Part shown: one piece after another, positions 13,864-28,800 of the stretch
Numbering within the stretch: the stretch's first letter is position 1
Layout: each line of letters begins with the position of its first letter
Origin: Camelus dromedarius
Lineage: Eukaryota
Reading direction: 5' to 3'
NCBI RefSeq assembly: GCF_036321535.1
Contig: NC_087447.1
Coordinates: 49,664,001-49,728,000, forward strand
Length of the DNA: 64,000 nucleotides
Program-made: the position numbers and the translations under genes
Notes under the pieces: model-generated
Told to the model about the DNA's origin: nothing
Databases searched by the model: none
The model's input: only the letters and a program-made list of their open reading frames with translations

Positions 13864-16515
13864 ATGACATGCAGTTTTGATGGAAGCTGGACACAGGCCA
13901 TCCATTTTCTGCAAGGAAAATGCATTAGCTACAATCCATTAAATTGGTTTGCTGAGTCAAAATCTTTCATGATGATCACTGAAATGAAGTGATTATATAT
14001 TTTTTCTATTTTAAAAGCTTCGCCTTCCTGCTGGGCTTAAATAGTAGGGTCAAGTGCAATGGTCAGAGGAAGCAGTTTTTAGTTAGAATCTATTTTCACT
14101 TGATGAACATGGGGGTCTGTGGCTTGTAACCTCAGTAGGAGGATCCACATTTTGCCTTCTGCATCTCTGCTGAGTCGGGGAGCACTGGGGATACTGAGGT
14201 TGGGGAAGGGAAGTAGAGCCTGCTGGGAAAAAGATAAATATTTATCATGCAGGCCTTAAAGGGTGATAGTGTCACCTTCTTAAAGCACCCACCACTGTGC
14301 TCAGCACCCATCAGCTATGTCACAAATAGATGTCTCATCCCCTTCCTCACACAGGATTGGCATCCTGGTAGCCTAGTGGCAAGGACCACCTAAAAAGGGC
14401 AGGAAGCCAGAGGATGGGTGCCAAACTCAGTGACTGGTGAGAGTGTGAGTTCAGAAATGGCCAGAAGGAAGGAAACTACTCTTTACTGAGTGCCTACAGA
14501 CCACCAAGCATCTTGCTAGTGGCTTCATGTCTGAACCTTACAATAACTCATGGGCTGGAATTATTCAACTCGTTTTGCGAATGAGGAAATCAGGTCTCAG
14601 AGAAGGGAGATAACTTGCCTGAAATCATGGAACTAATTCAAGGCTGAAAACCAGCATGAGTCCAGGCCTTTCTGACCCCAAAGTCTCCTCTCTTTCCATC
14701 ATACAGCTCTGTGAGTTTGGGATGCTGGGGACATGAGTTGTGAAAAATGGAGCCTTGGAAAGGAGACTGAGGTGTGGGAGAGTCATCAGCTCTGATCTCT
14801 CTCCACTTAAGCTCAGGGCCTTAAGTTCTTAGAGGAGCCGAACTTCAAGAGAGCTAGGTCTGAGTCAGCAATGCATTGGCCAAAAGTGCGAGGCAAAGGT
14901 GGGAGAGGGTGCTCAGTCTGCATGCCAGGAGCTGGGGCCCCTCCCACCCTAGCCACTCAGCTCTGGTGTGAGCTCAGCCCTAAGCGCTTTGGGGAGCCAG
15001 GCCTCCTCTGCAGAGTTCCAGGGAGCTTTTAATAATCTCCTGGCCTCATGGCTTGGGGCACAAGAGCTTTTCAAGAGCTTATAAAAATATTTAATCCCTA
15101 AGAATAAAATGATATTGGCTCTAAAACACAAGCAGAAAAACAGCAACTTCAAAATGAATATTTAATTAAATGTCTACAAATGCAATATTATGCCAACTAG
15201 TCACTACAAACAAATTCTTATTTAGTTATAATAAAGTTCAGCTCAAGTTACAAGATAAAATGAATAATTTATTCTTCACAAAACTCAAAATTATAAAAAT
15301 CCTTTTCAAAACTGTTACTGCAGTAAATGGTATTGGATGCAGGAACCATTAATTTCGCTTGTCATGACCAGTTCATGATGCTGGCCAGCCTGTGAAGGCC
15401 TTAGAAGGCCTCTGCTAGCCTTGCAGTACAGGGTCCCTTTGCGTAAAGCAGTGACCACAGAGGAAGGAAGCTGCTGCTGGTTTCCTGCTGGAACTAGGTA
15501 CCACAATTCAGTTGGCAGGGGTGTCGCTGGGAGCCATCTGCCCTCAGGAGTTACGGTCTCTTAGGAAACACTGGAGGAGGACAAGGAGCAAGGCAGCTGA
15601 CTCACTCCCCATAGGAGACCAAAATGCCCATCCGTCATCTACTCTGCCCCAGCCAGGAGAGCAACATGCTCAGATGCGGGTTTTAGCATCTCCCTTTGGC
15701 TGCTGCTGTGTGTGTGGAGGAGGGGCTGTTTAGAGCAGAAAGACCAGGGAGGAGGCTGTAGCAGGGTCCGGTGAAGAGAATGGTGATCAGGCCTGCAGGA
15801 GAGGCAGTGGAGACGGAGGAAAGAAGATGGATTTGAGAGACATGTGTAAGATCGAAACAGCAGAATTTTTAAGCAATTAAATGTGGAGAATGAAAGAGGA
15901 GGAAGAGTCCTGTGTTGCAAGAGGAGTGGGTGGTTGGGCCAATGGCAGGGGAGGCAGGAGGAGCAATGTTTGGTATGTGCTGACGTCAGTTTGCATCATG
16001 CAAACACAGTAGGCTTGAGGAGCTTGTGGGATGTCCAGAGGAAACTGTCCAGGATGTAAAGTGATGTGCTGGCTCCACAAGGTGGGCCCAAGGGGAAGGC
16101 ACAGATGCAGGCGCCCACCCAGGTGAGACAGAACATGTTTATTTCACTGCAGAACTGTAGGGCAAAGCCCTCTTCCACGCTATACCTCCTTCATTTGCTC
16201 CCTCCAGAAACCTCTTCCCATGTCTGAGGAAGCAGACATGAAGGTAGACGGGGCTCCCCGCTGTGAGCGCTGTGGATCTCTGCTTCACCTAGTGGCGGTG
16301 GTGGGGTCATAGCAAGCTTCGTGCAGAAGGAGGTGTTTGAATAGGGTCTGGGAAGTTGGATGGGGTACATACGGGAGAGAGTCATTCTAGGTGGAGAGAG
16401 TCATTCTAGGTAGAGAGAGAAGCTGACGGGCTCGGATTATTGGCTAAGAGTTTTGCCATAGCTGTTTGGGAGAGTAAGAGAAAAGAAATTCAAGTTCAGA
16501 ATGAATACAAGGTGC

Positions 16516-17010
16516 TGTATTAGTTTCTATCAGTACTGCAACAAATTATCACAAATTTAGTGGCTTCAAACAAAACAAAGCTGTTCTCTTACAGTTCTAG
16601 AAGTTGGAAGTCTGAAATTAGGCTCACAAGGCTAAAGTCAGGGTATCAGCAAGGCTGATTCCTCCTGGAGGCTCTGAGTGGAGATCTGTTATCTCTTTCT
16701 TTTCTGCTTCTAGTGGCTGTCTGTATTCCTTGGCCTGTGGCCCCTTCCTCCGTGTTCAAAGTTCATCACTCCAGTCTCCACTTCCATCATCACACTGCCT
16801 TCTCTTCTGACTCTCACCCACCTGCATCTCTTTTATGAGGATTGTTGTGATTATATCAGGCCCATCTGGATAATACAGAATAATCCAGGATTATAGCAAA
16901 CCCCTTTAATCACATAGGCAAAGCCCCTTTTGCTACATAAGGTAGTATTCACAGTTTCTGGAAGTTAGTTACTTAGATGTGGTTGTCTCTGGGGGCCCCT
17001 ACCAGTCTAT
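16516..17010 (-). mobile_element. MLT1-type MaLR LTR
   Basis: Starts tgtattagtttctatcagtactgcaacaaattatcacaaatttagtggcttcaaaca and contains ctcttacagttctagaagttggaagtctgaaat, typical of MLT1 read antisense. Confidence 0.7.
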
Positions 17011-17469
17011 CATAGGTTCTCGGCATGTTCTTCACTACCAAGGCATGGAGAACCATACTCAGGCCGTGGGAGCCTGTCTGGTCCCAGGCCCGGGCTTTCA
17101 GTCTCTACTCCAGGCTGACTCTGCAGCGATTCCGTGCAGAAAGTTCTGAGACCGCCTAGCTTCTAGTTCACTTGTACTCCCACATTTAGGCACACAAGGT
17201 GAAGAGCAGCAGGGTGAGACAGAGCTAAATGGGCTCTTTACAACAGGACTTCTCAGAGCCCTTACCGCACTGTGTACTGTGACTCTGAGCTTAACTCATC
17301 AGGAAACATTTTGTAGGGAGCAATGCTCCACAGAGCACAGCCTGGGCGGTGCTGCATAGACCAGGCTACTGACTGGGGTGTTTAGTCTGAAGGGAAAAAT
17401 ACTCAGAAGAGGAGGTGCTTTCTTTGCCTCTTAGAAGGGCGAGAGTGGGGAGGAGAAAGCCTTAGTTGC

Positions 17470-18660
17470 ACATTCCTTTATTTAATAAATGTACTTTCTA
17501 GGTACTGGGTATAGATTGGTGAGTTATATAATCATGTGTCTTGCCCTAAATGACTTAACCATCTATGTAGTAGATAAAAGTAAAAATGATTGATTTCAAT
17601 ACCACCCATTGAGTAAGGGCTATGGAGGAAATGTCCAGGATGGAAGGAGAGAGAATAACAGGTATTCAAAGAAGGTGTCTTTTAAACCAAGACCTGAAAG
17701 AGGAGATAGCAACCATAGGCTGGGGAAAGACACTCCAGGCAGAGGGGATGGCATGAGCAAAGGGTCTGAGGTCAGAGAGAGTGTGGCATATTTAAGGAAT
17801 TGATAAAAGGAAGGATGAAAGGAAGTAAAAGGAGGGCAGTGTGGCTAAAGCACATGAACATAGATGAAGAAGAGGAAAAGGTTGGCAGGAGAAACTCTCT
17901 GAGAGGCCAGATCACATGGACACTTGTGGGCCAAGGTGAAGAGTTTGGAAATTGTGTAGTTGTTATGCGGGCAAATGGCATGGTTTTAAAACAACAAGTA
18001 CAATGACATGGTTTGGAGAACAGACTGTAAGAAGTCAGGGTAAGTCTTGCTCCTACTGTGTTCCCAGTGTCCAGAGCAGTGCCTGGTAAATAGGACATGC
18101 TCATTTGACAACTCTTTGTTGAGTGAATAAATCAGTAAGAGAAGTAGGACCGTTAGGACAGAGGCTGTTATGGTAGTCCCTACAGATTATGGAGTCTGGA
18201 GATGAAGACTGGAGATGGGAAGAAGTGGGGGTGTTCAAGATGCATTTTGGGAATGGAAGTGACAGGCATTGCAGATGGGTTGAGGGTAAGGGGAGCAGTA
18301 AGGGAGGAACCTAGAACTTCTCCTTGGTTTTTGCCTCAAATCAGGGGGTGGATGATGGTTTCATTTTCTCTGAAGGGGACGATTGGGAGAGGTTAAGGAA
18401 CATGGGATCAGGGGTGGGAAGGAGGCCCAAGAGTCCACTCTTGAACATGTTGGGATTGAGATGCCTTTGAGATATCCAAGTGCAGATATCAAGCTGGCAA
18501 TCTGGCGCCTGGAGGAGACGTAAAGTTTGGAATTATAAACTTGGGAGTCATCATATACAAATGGGTGTTGAAAACCATGTCGTGAGCAAGATCACCCAGG
18601 GAGAGAGTGTGAATGAAGGGAGAAGACAGTGGGGATCTGGGTGGGTTGGAAATGGTGGTC
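17470..18660 (-). mobile_element. L2 LINE remnants
   Basis: L2-like phrases (ccaggcagaggggatggcatgagcaaagggtctgagg; ttgagatgcctttgagatatccaagtgcagatatcaag). Boundaries are approximate. Confidence 0.55.
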
Positions 18661-20329
18661 TTAGACACAAACAAAAGAGGTCATATTAGTGTGGTGATCT
18701 GGAGAAATCTGTTTAACTTCTCTAAGTATGTTTATTCCCCTGTAAAATGAGAATAATTCCTCCTCATAGGACATACTTCAAAGCATCAGACATATAAATA
18801 GGGGCTCAACAGTCCTAAAAGGGCTCAGAATTCTCCATCCTGACAAAGCTAGAAAAGGAACAGGCTTAGCTCTTCTGTAGCCAAACCTAGCAGAAATAGA
18901 TCCCTTAGCCATCTCTCTGAGCAAGTCCCCTCACAGCTTTGCCTGTGATCTAGGCTCCTTCCCCGCCCTTGCCAGCCCTGCCCTAGAAAGGAAGTCCATC
19001 TTGCCTGCAGCTTCTCAGAATGGCCACCAGAGGGAGGGCCTCCCCACAGCTGGTGCTGGCTGGTCCCCTACCTCCTCCTCTCCCCAACCCCTAACTCGCC
19101 CTCCTCCTCTTCCTCCCTTTCCCTTCACTTGCATTTGGCTTTTCTGAATTTTTAAATGAAAACTCTCTTTTCATCTTCTCTGTGCTGGACTCTGTCGCTC
19201 ACACTGGGGACATAGAATTCCTGAGTTTGAAGATTTCATGGACTGTGCAAGAAGGAAAACCAGTCATAATCATGGAATGGAGAGTGTGGTGTAGGGGAAA
19301 GAAGGCTCTGGAGTAAGAAAGACACAAACTGACCCTGACTTCTGTGAGTCAAGAGATCTCAGGTCACTGCACCTCTCAGAGTTGTGATGGGTGTAACATC
19401 TCCATTGGAGGGTTGTGAGGATTATGTGAGATGCCAGTTTCCATGTGTGTAAATTAGTGATACCAAAAGCACCTACCTCATTTGGTTGCTTTGAGAATTA
19501 AATGGAATAAGACACATAGATCACTTCCTTCATACTAAACACTCAAAAATGTTAGCTCTTTAATAAATATTAATAGGAAGAACAACTCATAGTCGACCTT
19601 TACCTCAGTTCTTCCCCCCATAGCTCTAACACCATTTACTCTACAGATGTAGAAATTGAGGTCCCAAGAGGGTCTATGCTTCCTCAAGGTCACCTAGAGA
19701 ATGAGAAGCAAAGCAGGGACCACTCCACATCTTTCTTCTGTGCCCAGCATAGCCAGCAGCAAAGACAGATCCTCGACTCTTAGGGCCAAACTGTCAAAGA
19801 AGGTTCCCTTCATCTTTTACTAAAAGCAGAGGCCACCAGGATGGCAGAGCAGGCAGGGTCTTGCCCACAGAGCTGATGGAATCCTCTGTACAGCACCCAC
19901 CTGCCGCACTTGGCTTAGGACTCAGGTCCATTTGGTTATTTCCAGTTAGCCAGTTCAGCCTGCTGGCTGGGAGTGCTGAGGCAGTCAAGGCCTTTTACCA
20001 ACTAGTTATAATTTAATTTCTAATTCCATGCTTGTCTCCCCCCATTCTCCCAACACCTTACGTTCCAGATACTTTAATTCATTCATTCAATAAATAATTG
20101 ACTGTCTACTGTGTGTCAGACCAGGGAGATTGTGCCCCTTATAGGCTTGAAAGGGCAAGAGGAGGAGCTCTTACTGGAGTCTGGAGGGAGTGGCCCTATG
20201 GAGAGTGCCACCTGACAGGGTCTGTGCAGCCAACCCATAAAGACCCAGAGGGGAAGCAGTGGATGACGAGGAGCATAGGGGAACACAGAACCAAGGAAGT
20301 GCATGTGTCTCAAAGATAAGCAGGCTGCT

Positions 20330-20396
20330 GTGCTTAGAACCTAGTGTTAAAATTAACAAAGATTTGAATAATAAGAAAGAGCCAAATGGAAATACT

Positions 20397-20429
<33 letters not shown>

Positions 20430-22430
20430 ACAGAGACGAAGAACTTCTCTGGGCTCATCAGTAGACTCAAAACATTAAAGATAGGTCAATAAAAATTTCC
20501 CAAACTGAAACACAAAGAGAAAAAGGAATGAAAACAAACAGAACAGAGCGCTCAAGGGCTGTGATACAATATTGAACAGTCTAACACTCATGTAGTTGCA
20601 ATCCCAAAAGGAGAAGAGATAATGGAGCAGGGGAAATGTTTAAAGAGATAGGCCGAACAGTTTCCAAAAATAATGAAAGATATGAAACCAGGGATCCAAG
20701 AACACAGAGACTCAACAGAATAGTTCCTTTTAAATTTAAACACATTATATTAAAACTGCTGAAAACCAAAGGTTAAGTGAACATCTTGAAGTCAGCCAGA
20801 TAACAAGATACATTACATACAGAGGAACAAAGATAAGAATTGCGTTTTTATAGAGCAGAAAAGAAAAATATTTGTCAACCCAAAGTTCTGTACCCAGTAA
20901 AAATATCTTTCAAAATTTAAGGCAGAAGTACAGACTTTTTAGACAAACAAAAGCCAAGATAATTAATTGCCAGCAAGCTTGTGCTATAAGAAACATTAAA
21001 GGAAGTTCTTCAAGCAAAAATAATATGATACCAGACAAAAACTTGGATTTATGCCAAGAAATGAACAAGTTAAGATACGGTGAAAAGAAGATAATTATAA
21101 AATACTTTTAGAGCTTTCCAGGTATACACTCATATCAACTGCAAGGGGGAAGAAAAGGGTAAATCTTTGGCTTGAAATATAATTTCAACTGTGGAAATAT
21201 AAACATTGTTAATGGACATAAAGTATGTTTTCGAATTTATCTACCTGTATGAATAGTCTCTTGTTCATGATTAAAAAACATTGCAAGGATAGATTTACTC
21301 CTTTTCTCTCCAGTTCTTATGACTCTTACTGATTTCTCTTCACTCACTGCTTTGCCTAATGCCTCCAGTACAAAGTTGAATGGTAGAGGGCTTCTTTGCT
21401 CTATTGTTGGTCTTATGGAAATGCCCCTAGTATTTCCCCATTAAGTTAGATTCTTGCTGTAGGAACACAGTGCATATATTTAATCATATTAAGAAGCCAC
21501 TCATCAGTTTCACTTGGTGGTGAGTTTGGTCAAGGGCTTTTTAGAATCCTTGGAAATAACCATATGATTTTCTTCTTAAGTCTATTAATCTGATATACTA
21601 TAGTGGTTTCCCTAATCCCACCTGTTCATGGTATATGGTGACGTGATGTTGGATTGTTTCTTAATATTTTAATACAATATTTCTAATAGTTTATTTAAAT
21701 GTTTTGCTTTAACATTCATAAGTAATTTCAGTCTATAGTTCTCTTGTTAGTGCTTCTTTCTAAAAAACTGAATATAAATATCAATGTGATATTTGCTACA
21801 TAAGAAAGAAATTGGAAGTTTTTCTTCATTTTACAAGCTTTGAAACAATTTATAGAGCATTGGGGCTATCCAGTTTTTAAAGATTTGGTAAAATTCTCCT
21901 GTGAAACAGTCTGGGCCTGGTGATTTTTTTGTAGGGAAATTCCTTGACAATATTCTCTGTTTCTTCTACAGAAATTCAGCTGCTTAAGTTTTCTGTCTTT
22001 AATTGGGTCAGTTTGGTAATTGTATTTCCCTAGAAAACAGTCAATTTTATCTAAATATGTAAATGTATTTGCATTAAAGATTGCAAAGTGGTTTATTTTG
22101 ATTTTTAAAATTTCTTCTATTTCAATTATTTCTCCATTGTCCTTTCTTACTTTGTGGGTATGTGATTTGTCCCTTTTGTTCTTGATTACGTTAGCTAGTA
22201 GTGCTAGTAGCATGTTTCTTTCATTAGTTTTTTTTTTTTTTAGAAAACTATAATTTTAATTCATTTAATAAATAAAGAATAGATCTATTCTTTTTCTAAC
22301 CTCTACCTCATTAATTTCTGCTTTTGTCTTTATCATTTTCTTCCTGTGCTTTCTTTGGTGCTCTTTTGCTAGATATTATGACCTGGGAATTTAATTCATT
22401 TATTCTTTCTTTCATTTTAATTCACATGTG
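20330..22430. mobile_element. Degenerate LINE-1 fragments in both orientations
   Basis: An A-rich ORF1-like part (about 20330-21110, plus) is followed by a T-rich ORF2-like part (about 21290-22430, minus). Duplicated at about 48820-50560. Confidence 0.55.
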
Positions 22431-24499
22431 TGTTTCCTCAAAATGAACTGTGGAGTCCGCATTTTATGAATTCTACATTTTAAGAGAGAATTTTTGGAAA
22501 TTGTTAAGAAGATTCTAAAAGGTATATGGAAGAGTAAGGGTGAATTATAGCCTGGACATTTTTAAGATAGAAAAACAAGGAGACTTGCCCTTGCCGATGT
22601 TAGAAGCAAGTAGGAAAGTGCGGCACTGGCAGAGATAGACAACTTGACCAGTGAAAGAGAATAAAAGCCAAACAGAGACCACGTATGTGCAGAACTCTGT
22701 TGTATGACAGAGGTGGGACATTACATCACTGGGGAAGGGAGGGACGTTCAGCAAAGGGGGTGGCACAGAGCGGGTCCCATATATTAAGTTACAATTGGAA
22801 GCTTACTCATACAATATAAACATCCAGATGAAGTAAGGACTTACATGTCAAAAACAAACTTTAAATCCTTAATAGAATATATAGGTGGAAAACAAATTCC
22901 TGAATCAGACCAAGCAATGACTATTTAATAAAAGGCTAAAAAATAGGAATATATTAAAATTTAAAATGTTGAATCATTCAATGACACAAGCTAAAAATTG
23001 AGAGAAGAGATTCACAATATATGCAGCCCACAAAGGTTCGTATCATGAGTGCATAAAAAACTTCAAATTCAGGCAAAAGCACAAACAACACTGTAAAGAA
23101 ATGGGCAAAAATTACAAATGAACTTTTCACAGATGAGGAAATGCCTACGAATAAAGATATGTTCAACATCCGTGATCAGGAAATGCACATCAAGACTCCA
23201 ATAAACTATCACCCTACACCCTAGCAAATAATAAGTCTGACCATACCAGGGACCACAGAGGCTCTGTGTCTATGCCATCTCATGTATATTCCTGCTGAGG
23301 GTGTAAACTGCTGCTCCTGTTTTGGAAACAGTCTGGCACTACTATGCCCAAGCTCTACCATTCACGTGCTCTTTGATCCAGCAGTCTCTCTGGCTGTGAT
23401 GTGATGTGGGTGGAAGAAAGGGCACAGGAACAGAGACCAGTAAGAAAGCTGGTGTCAGAGTCGCTCCAAGAGGCTGGCTGTCGGGGTGGAAAGCAGCTTT
23501 CCAATGCAAGCGATATTTAATCCAAAAAGACTGGAACAAGAGTTTCACATAAAATCATTTCCAAATAGCCCATAAGCTTATTAAAATATGCTCAGTCTCA
23601 TTAGGAAATAAGAGTAAGCAGAATGAAATATACCTACGTACTCACCACAGTGGTTACAACGTTGAGGAGGATGTGGGGCAACCAGAATTCTCATCTGGGG
23701 CTTGTGGGTATAACCTTGTACAACCCCTTAAGAAAACGACATGGTTTTAAAACAGGAGACCCAGCCGTTCTATTCCCAGGCACACATCCAACAGAAACGT
23801 ATAGAAATGGCACCAATAGAAATGTACAGGGTGCCCATACTGCTTTATGACACTTAGCACAGTTATGAAGAGAGTAGATTCTAAGAGTTCTTATCACCTG
23901 GAGAACTTTTTCCTTCTATTGTACTGTGTGAGATGATGGATATTAAATCCATTTTGGATCATCTGACAATACATGTAAAGCAAACTATCATGCTGGACAC
24001 CGTACACTTCTACAGTGATGTATGCCAATTATTTGTCAAATAAATTAGAAAAGAAAAAAGAAAAAAAGGAAAGGATGCCCATCACATCATAATTCACAGT
24101 AGCCAGAAACAGGACACACCCCAAATGCCCCCCCGAAGTAAAATAGATGAATTGTGACGTATTCACACAGTGAAGTCCTATATGGCACTGACAACAAACA
24201 TACTACAAAAGCACACAATTTGGGTGACTCTCAAAAATACAATCTTGAGCCAAAGAGCCAGTCCCAAAAAGAGTATATTGTGTGAAACTCATATTTTATA
24301 AAGTTCAAAGCAGAGAAGAGGCTGGTGTGAGCTTCGAGGCGGAGAGGAGTGACGGGCAAGGACTTAGGTGCTAGTCAGGTTCTATTTGTCCACCAGAGTG
24401 GAGGTCACATGAGTATATTCACTCAGTGACAATGCATCACTACACATTGGGTTTGTGCCTTTTATTCTATGTTTAATATGCTCCAATTCAAAGTGGACA

Positions 24500-25110
24500 T
24501 TTAAAAGAAGAGGTTTAGGAGAACTGACAGAGGTGGACGGAAGGGGACAGAAAGACTCTAGTGTGACTCCAAGGTTTTGGCCTGAGTACCCTCGCCACTG
24601 GAGTCCCCTTTCCTGAGATGACAAAGAGCAGAGGAGAGGCGGGCATGGGCAGGTGAGGGGAAGTCAAGTTCAGTTTTCGACACACCTGATGGAGGTGCCG
24701 AGCAGGCTTTCAGGGAAGATGTCGAGTAGTCACCTGGATATTGAAGTCTGGAGCCCCAGGGGGAAGTCAGGGCTGGAGGTGCAGTTTGGAAGTCTTCATC
24801 ATACAGACAGACTCCAAGGCCATGAGCCTGGATGAGATCTGAGGGAGAAAAAATGTAGAGAAATTGGGGGAGGGTCCAGGGACTGAGGGGCAGGAGGCAC
24901 TCAGACACTTAGTCTGATGAAAGATAGAAGCCACAACGGAGACCCAGGAGCAGCCAGAGAAGTAGGAAGGAAACCAGAAGAGTGTGGTGTCCACAGGCCA
25001 AGTGGTTTCAAGGAGGAGGGAGTGATCAACTGTGTCTAAGGCCACTGAGAGGTCAGGATGAGATTCCAGAACTGACCACTGGATTTAGCACCATGGTGGC
25101 CACGGGTGAA
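24500..25110 (-). mobile_element. L2 LINE remnant upstream of MOGAT2 copy A
   Basis: L2-like phrases (ggaaaccagaagagtgtggtgtcc; tttcaaggaggagggagtgatcaactgtgtc; actggatttagca). Paralog at about 56730-57160. Confidence 0.6.
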
Positions 25111-25724
25111 CTTGTCAAGGGCATTCCATGGGACAGTGGCATCTTTAGTCTGGAGGAGGGAGGACAGAACAGGAGAGCAAGGGCATGTGGAATGCAGACT
25201 CTTTTCCAAGGGTTTTGCTGGGCAGGTGAGCTGAGGAATAGGGCAGGAGGTGGAGGAGATGGTGGGGGCAGGAATTTTTAGATGTGAGTCATTACTGCGT
25301 ATTTGTGGAGGGGGACAGTGGACACAGCAGAGAAAGGAGACAATTATTGCAGCCAGGTGGTTGGGTGGTGGGAAGAGGAGAGGACTGCACTATACTTGGG
25401 GCTCCACCTACCAAGTGAAGGGCCAGATTCAAGCAAGCAGAGGAAGGAGCCCTGGCAGATAAGGCACTGCCTGAGGAGGCAGATGTTCTTCTCTTCCTCC
25501 TTCCTTTAGCTGGTTCCAGGGCTGGCGGGTTCAAAGTTTTCTCCTAGGAAAGAGGTCCCTACCAGGGCCGAGGCAGTGAGGCCTTGGGCTGGGCTCGGTG
25601 GGGTGGGGCATCCTCCTCCCCCACCACTAATGCTTACTCAACTTCCGGCAGCAACAAAAACCAGTAGGTGCCTTAGACCACAGCAGAGCTCAGAGAAGCC
25701 TCCGGGGCTAGCAGAGGAGCCAGC

Positions 25725-25815
25725 ATGGTGCAGTTCGCGCCCCTGTTCGTGCCCTGGGAGCGCAGGCTGCAGACCTTGGCAGTCCTGCAGTGGGTCTTCT
25801 GCTTTTTGGCCATGG
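25725..25815 (+). CDS. MOGAT2: MOGAT2 copy A exon 1
   Basis: cagcATGG start; [30 protein letters not shown]; donor G|gtaagg. Confidence 0.95.
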
Positions 25816-28800
25816 GTAAGGCTGGCTGGGCTGGGTGGAAGGGAGACCATGGGATGGATACTTCATCTCCTCTGTCGACAGCAGACCCAGTAGGAACTGC
25901 TCCCCCAGGGCTGGTGTTGAGCCAGTACACAGATACCAGTATCCTGGTATTAAACTGTGGACATATTTTGTACAGGCTGGTCTGCAGACATTTCACACAA
26001 ACACACACCGACATGCATACACACACACACCACATACTCCTTGCAGTTTTGCAGCTAAAGCATCCACCCCCAGCAAAGCAGGCTCTCCAGGACCCTGCCC
26101 CTAGCATCCCTTGATCTGCGTTTCTGTCCTGAGGGTCGTTAAACGTTTCAAATATCCTTGGTTTAACCCCATGATACAGAGGGGCAAAGAAGCTAATTGT
26201 CTTAAATGCCCAAGGCTGTAGGTCTGGGCTCCTCCCACTGCCAAAGGAAGAAAGGGAAGAAGGCAGAGTGGGGAGAGAGAGGAGAGGGTGTGGGGGGGGG
26301 GGGAGTGAGAGCATGGGGAGGGAGGGCTACCCCCAGGGGGAGCTGCAAGATGGCTGGCGCCTGGACAAAGAGCACTGGGGACCCAGAGCCCTGTGGGCTG
26401 TGGCCTGATGATCCTCGGGGTTGAGGGACATCGTGCTCAGCTAGCCTTGGGTAAGATTTGCAAGCTTGAGCTTGACTGGCTGTGCTCAGCTTCAGTCCAG
26501 CCCCGGTGGGTAGGGGGGTGCTGGGAGTGTCAGAAACAGCACAGAGAAGCCAAGTAACCCTGGGCCTGGAGCCGCTGAGAAAAGGGAGCTGGGCCCTCTG
26601 GTGCCAGGAGAAGGAGCTTTTACACCTTGTCCTGAGGGAAAGGGGAGTCCCAGGAGGGCTTTCGGTAGGGAAGTGACAAAGTCGGATCTGTCTGGTACAG
26701 GTCACTGTGGTTGCAGTCAGATGATGCACTGTGTTTGGGGTGTAGGAGGTAGACTGATGGGGTAGAGCAGTCACAATCTACATCAGGGTCCCCAAATTAA
26801 CTTCATGGGGCAAATCCAGCCTACTGATTGCTTTTGTATTTTTCAACTCATGAGTCAAGAATGGTTTTTACATGGTTGCATAATTTAAATGATAGCGTGC
26901 CTATGTAACAACCTCCCATTTGCCCCTTGGGCAGCAACATCTAAAATATTTACAGTCTGTCTCTTTAAGAAAAAAAATTACTTATCTTGATCTAGGGAAG
27001 CTGGCAGTGGTGGAAAGAAGGGGCCCCTTTCAAGAGATTCTTGGGAGTTGGGTCCACAGGGCAGGATTAAAGGCTGGCAGGTGAGTAAGGGCCTCCAGTG
27101 GGGGAGTAAACACTGCACATTTAGGGAACAGCTGGTCACGCTGGACATAGAGGAGGCATTTTAGGGAGGGGCAAAGAAGAGGCCAGACAAGTCACCTAGG
27201 ACCTGTCACCAAGGACTCAGGGCCCAGAACCAAATAATTTCCGATGAGTTACCTGTTTACTCTGTTCTTCCCTCTCCTCTGTAACACACACTCACAGGAA
27301 GCCAAACTCCATCAAATAGTTGGCGTTGTTCTCATCTGCATCTCCAGCTCCTAGAAGAGTTAGAGTGGATACATCTTTGTTGAATGATTGAAGACTGGGA
27401 GCAGGATGGAGCCAAAATAGAACTGAATACCAATTTCCATTCTACTGGCTTGCTGTGTGACCTTAGTGATTTGCATACCTTTTCTGGGCCTCTGTAAAGT
27501 GGGGTTTTACATTTTTCCCTCTTGGTGTAATAAGGGGAAAGAAGTCTCCCTTCTTGAATGACTGAAAAGACCCCCGAGTTTGAGTTTTGCCTACTGACAG
27601 GAGTTGAGTGGTGAGCTCCGTCTGAGGGAGATGGTGGGGTGGGCGGAGGTCTTTCTGTCAAGTGCAAGTGCCTCTTGTTTGAGTTTTTCTAACCTTTTTT
27701 CTTTCCTGACTGAAAAACTAACATAGGCTATTGTAACACATTCAAACAAAATGCGTATCCCCAAAGTGAAAGACTTCCCTAAATCCTACCCTCCAGGCAG
27801 CCACCAGTAACAACTTGGTTTTATTCTCTACAGCTGGTTTTCTGAAAATAGGAGGGACCCACATGGACTTTAGATTTGCCCAAGGGCTGAGAGCACTAGC
27901 TGGCATTCTTTTTCTCTTTCTTATTTTTTAGCATTTAAATATGTAAATTTAAATTAGTAAATGAATACAATCTAACTCAATTATCCACCATCCTTATCTC
28001 CTGGCACCTGCCTCCTCCCTCCAGATCTGCAGGGGTCTTTCCACCCTTATACACGTGCATCCAGATATGTGGACATGTGCTTTATTGTGCAAAGGGTGGC
28101 ATTTTATTCCCACTCTTATGCAGCTTTCTCTTTCAAATTTTTTACTGAAAGTATTTAAGACAAGAAATATTAAAGGCAAACAAAGAGGTGACCAATCCAT
28201 AAGTAGTTGACAGTCCTTCCCCTCCTCTTCCAGGAATCGAAAGGCTGATGTGAGAGAAAAATGGGTTCCAGCAGCCACTGGCCAGCAGGTCTGGGAATGA
28301 GGGGAAATACCTGGAGGAGGGAGCTGCCCAAGAGCGTAGTGACTCAGGGCTGCCATTTCTTCCAGACGATCAGGAGACGCCCAGTGTCTGGGTTTGTCTG
28401 TGCATCTTCCTCATTTTTCACTATTAGCAACTAATTAAATAGCATTTAAAAATAAAGTGAAAATGTGGAAGCAACCCAAGTGTCCATTGGTCCACTGACA
28501 GAGAATGGATAGACTAAATGTGGCAAATACACACAATGGGATGTTACTCAGCCATAAAAGGGGAGGAATTTCTGACACATGCTACAACATGGATGAACCT
28601 TGAGGACACTGCTAAGTGAAATAAGCCAGTCACAAAAGACAAATACTGTGTGATTCCTTTCATACCAGGTTCCTAGACTAATCAAATCCATAGAGACAGA
28701 AAAGAGAACGGTGGTTGGCAGGGGCTGGGGGAGGGGGACATGAGGGTTATTGTTTAATGGGTACAGAGGTTTGGTTTGGGAAGATCAAAAGAGTTCTGGA

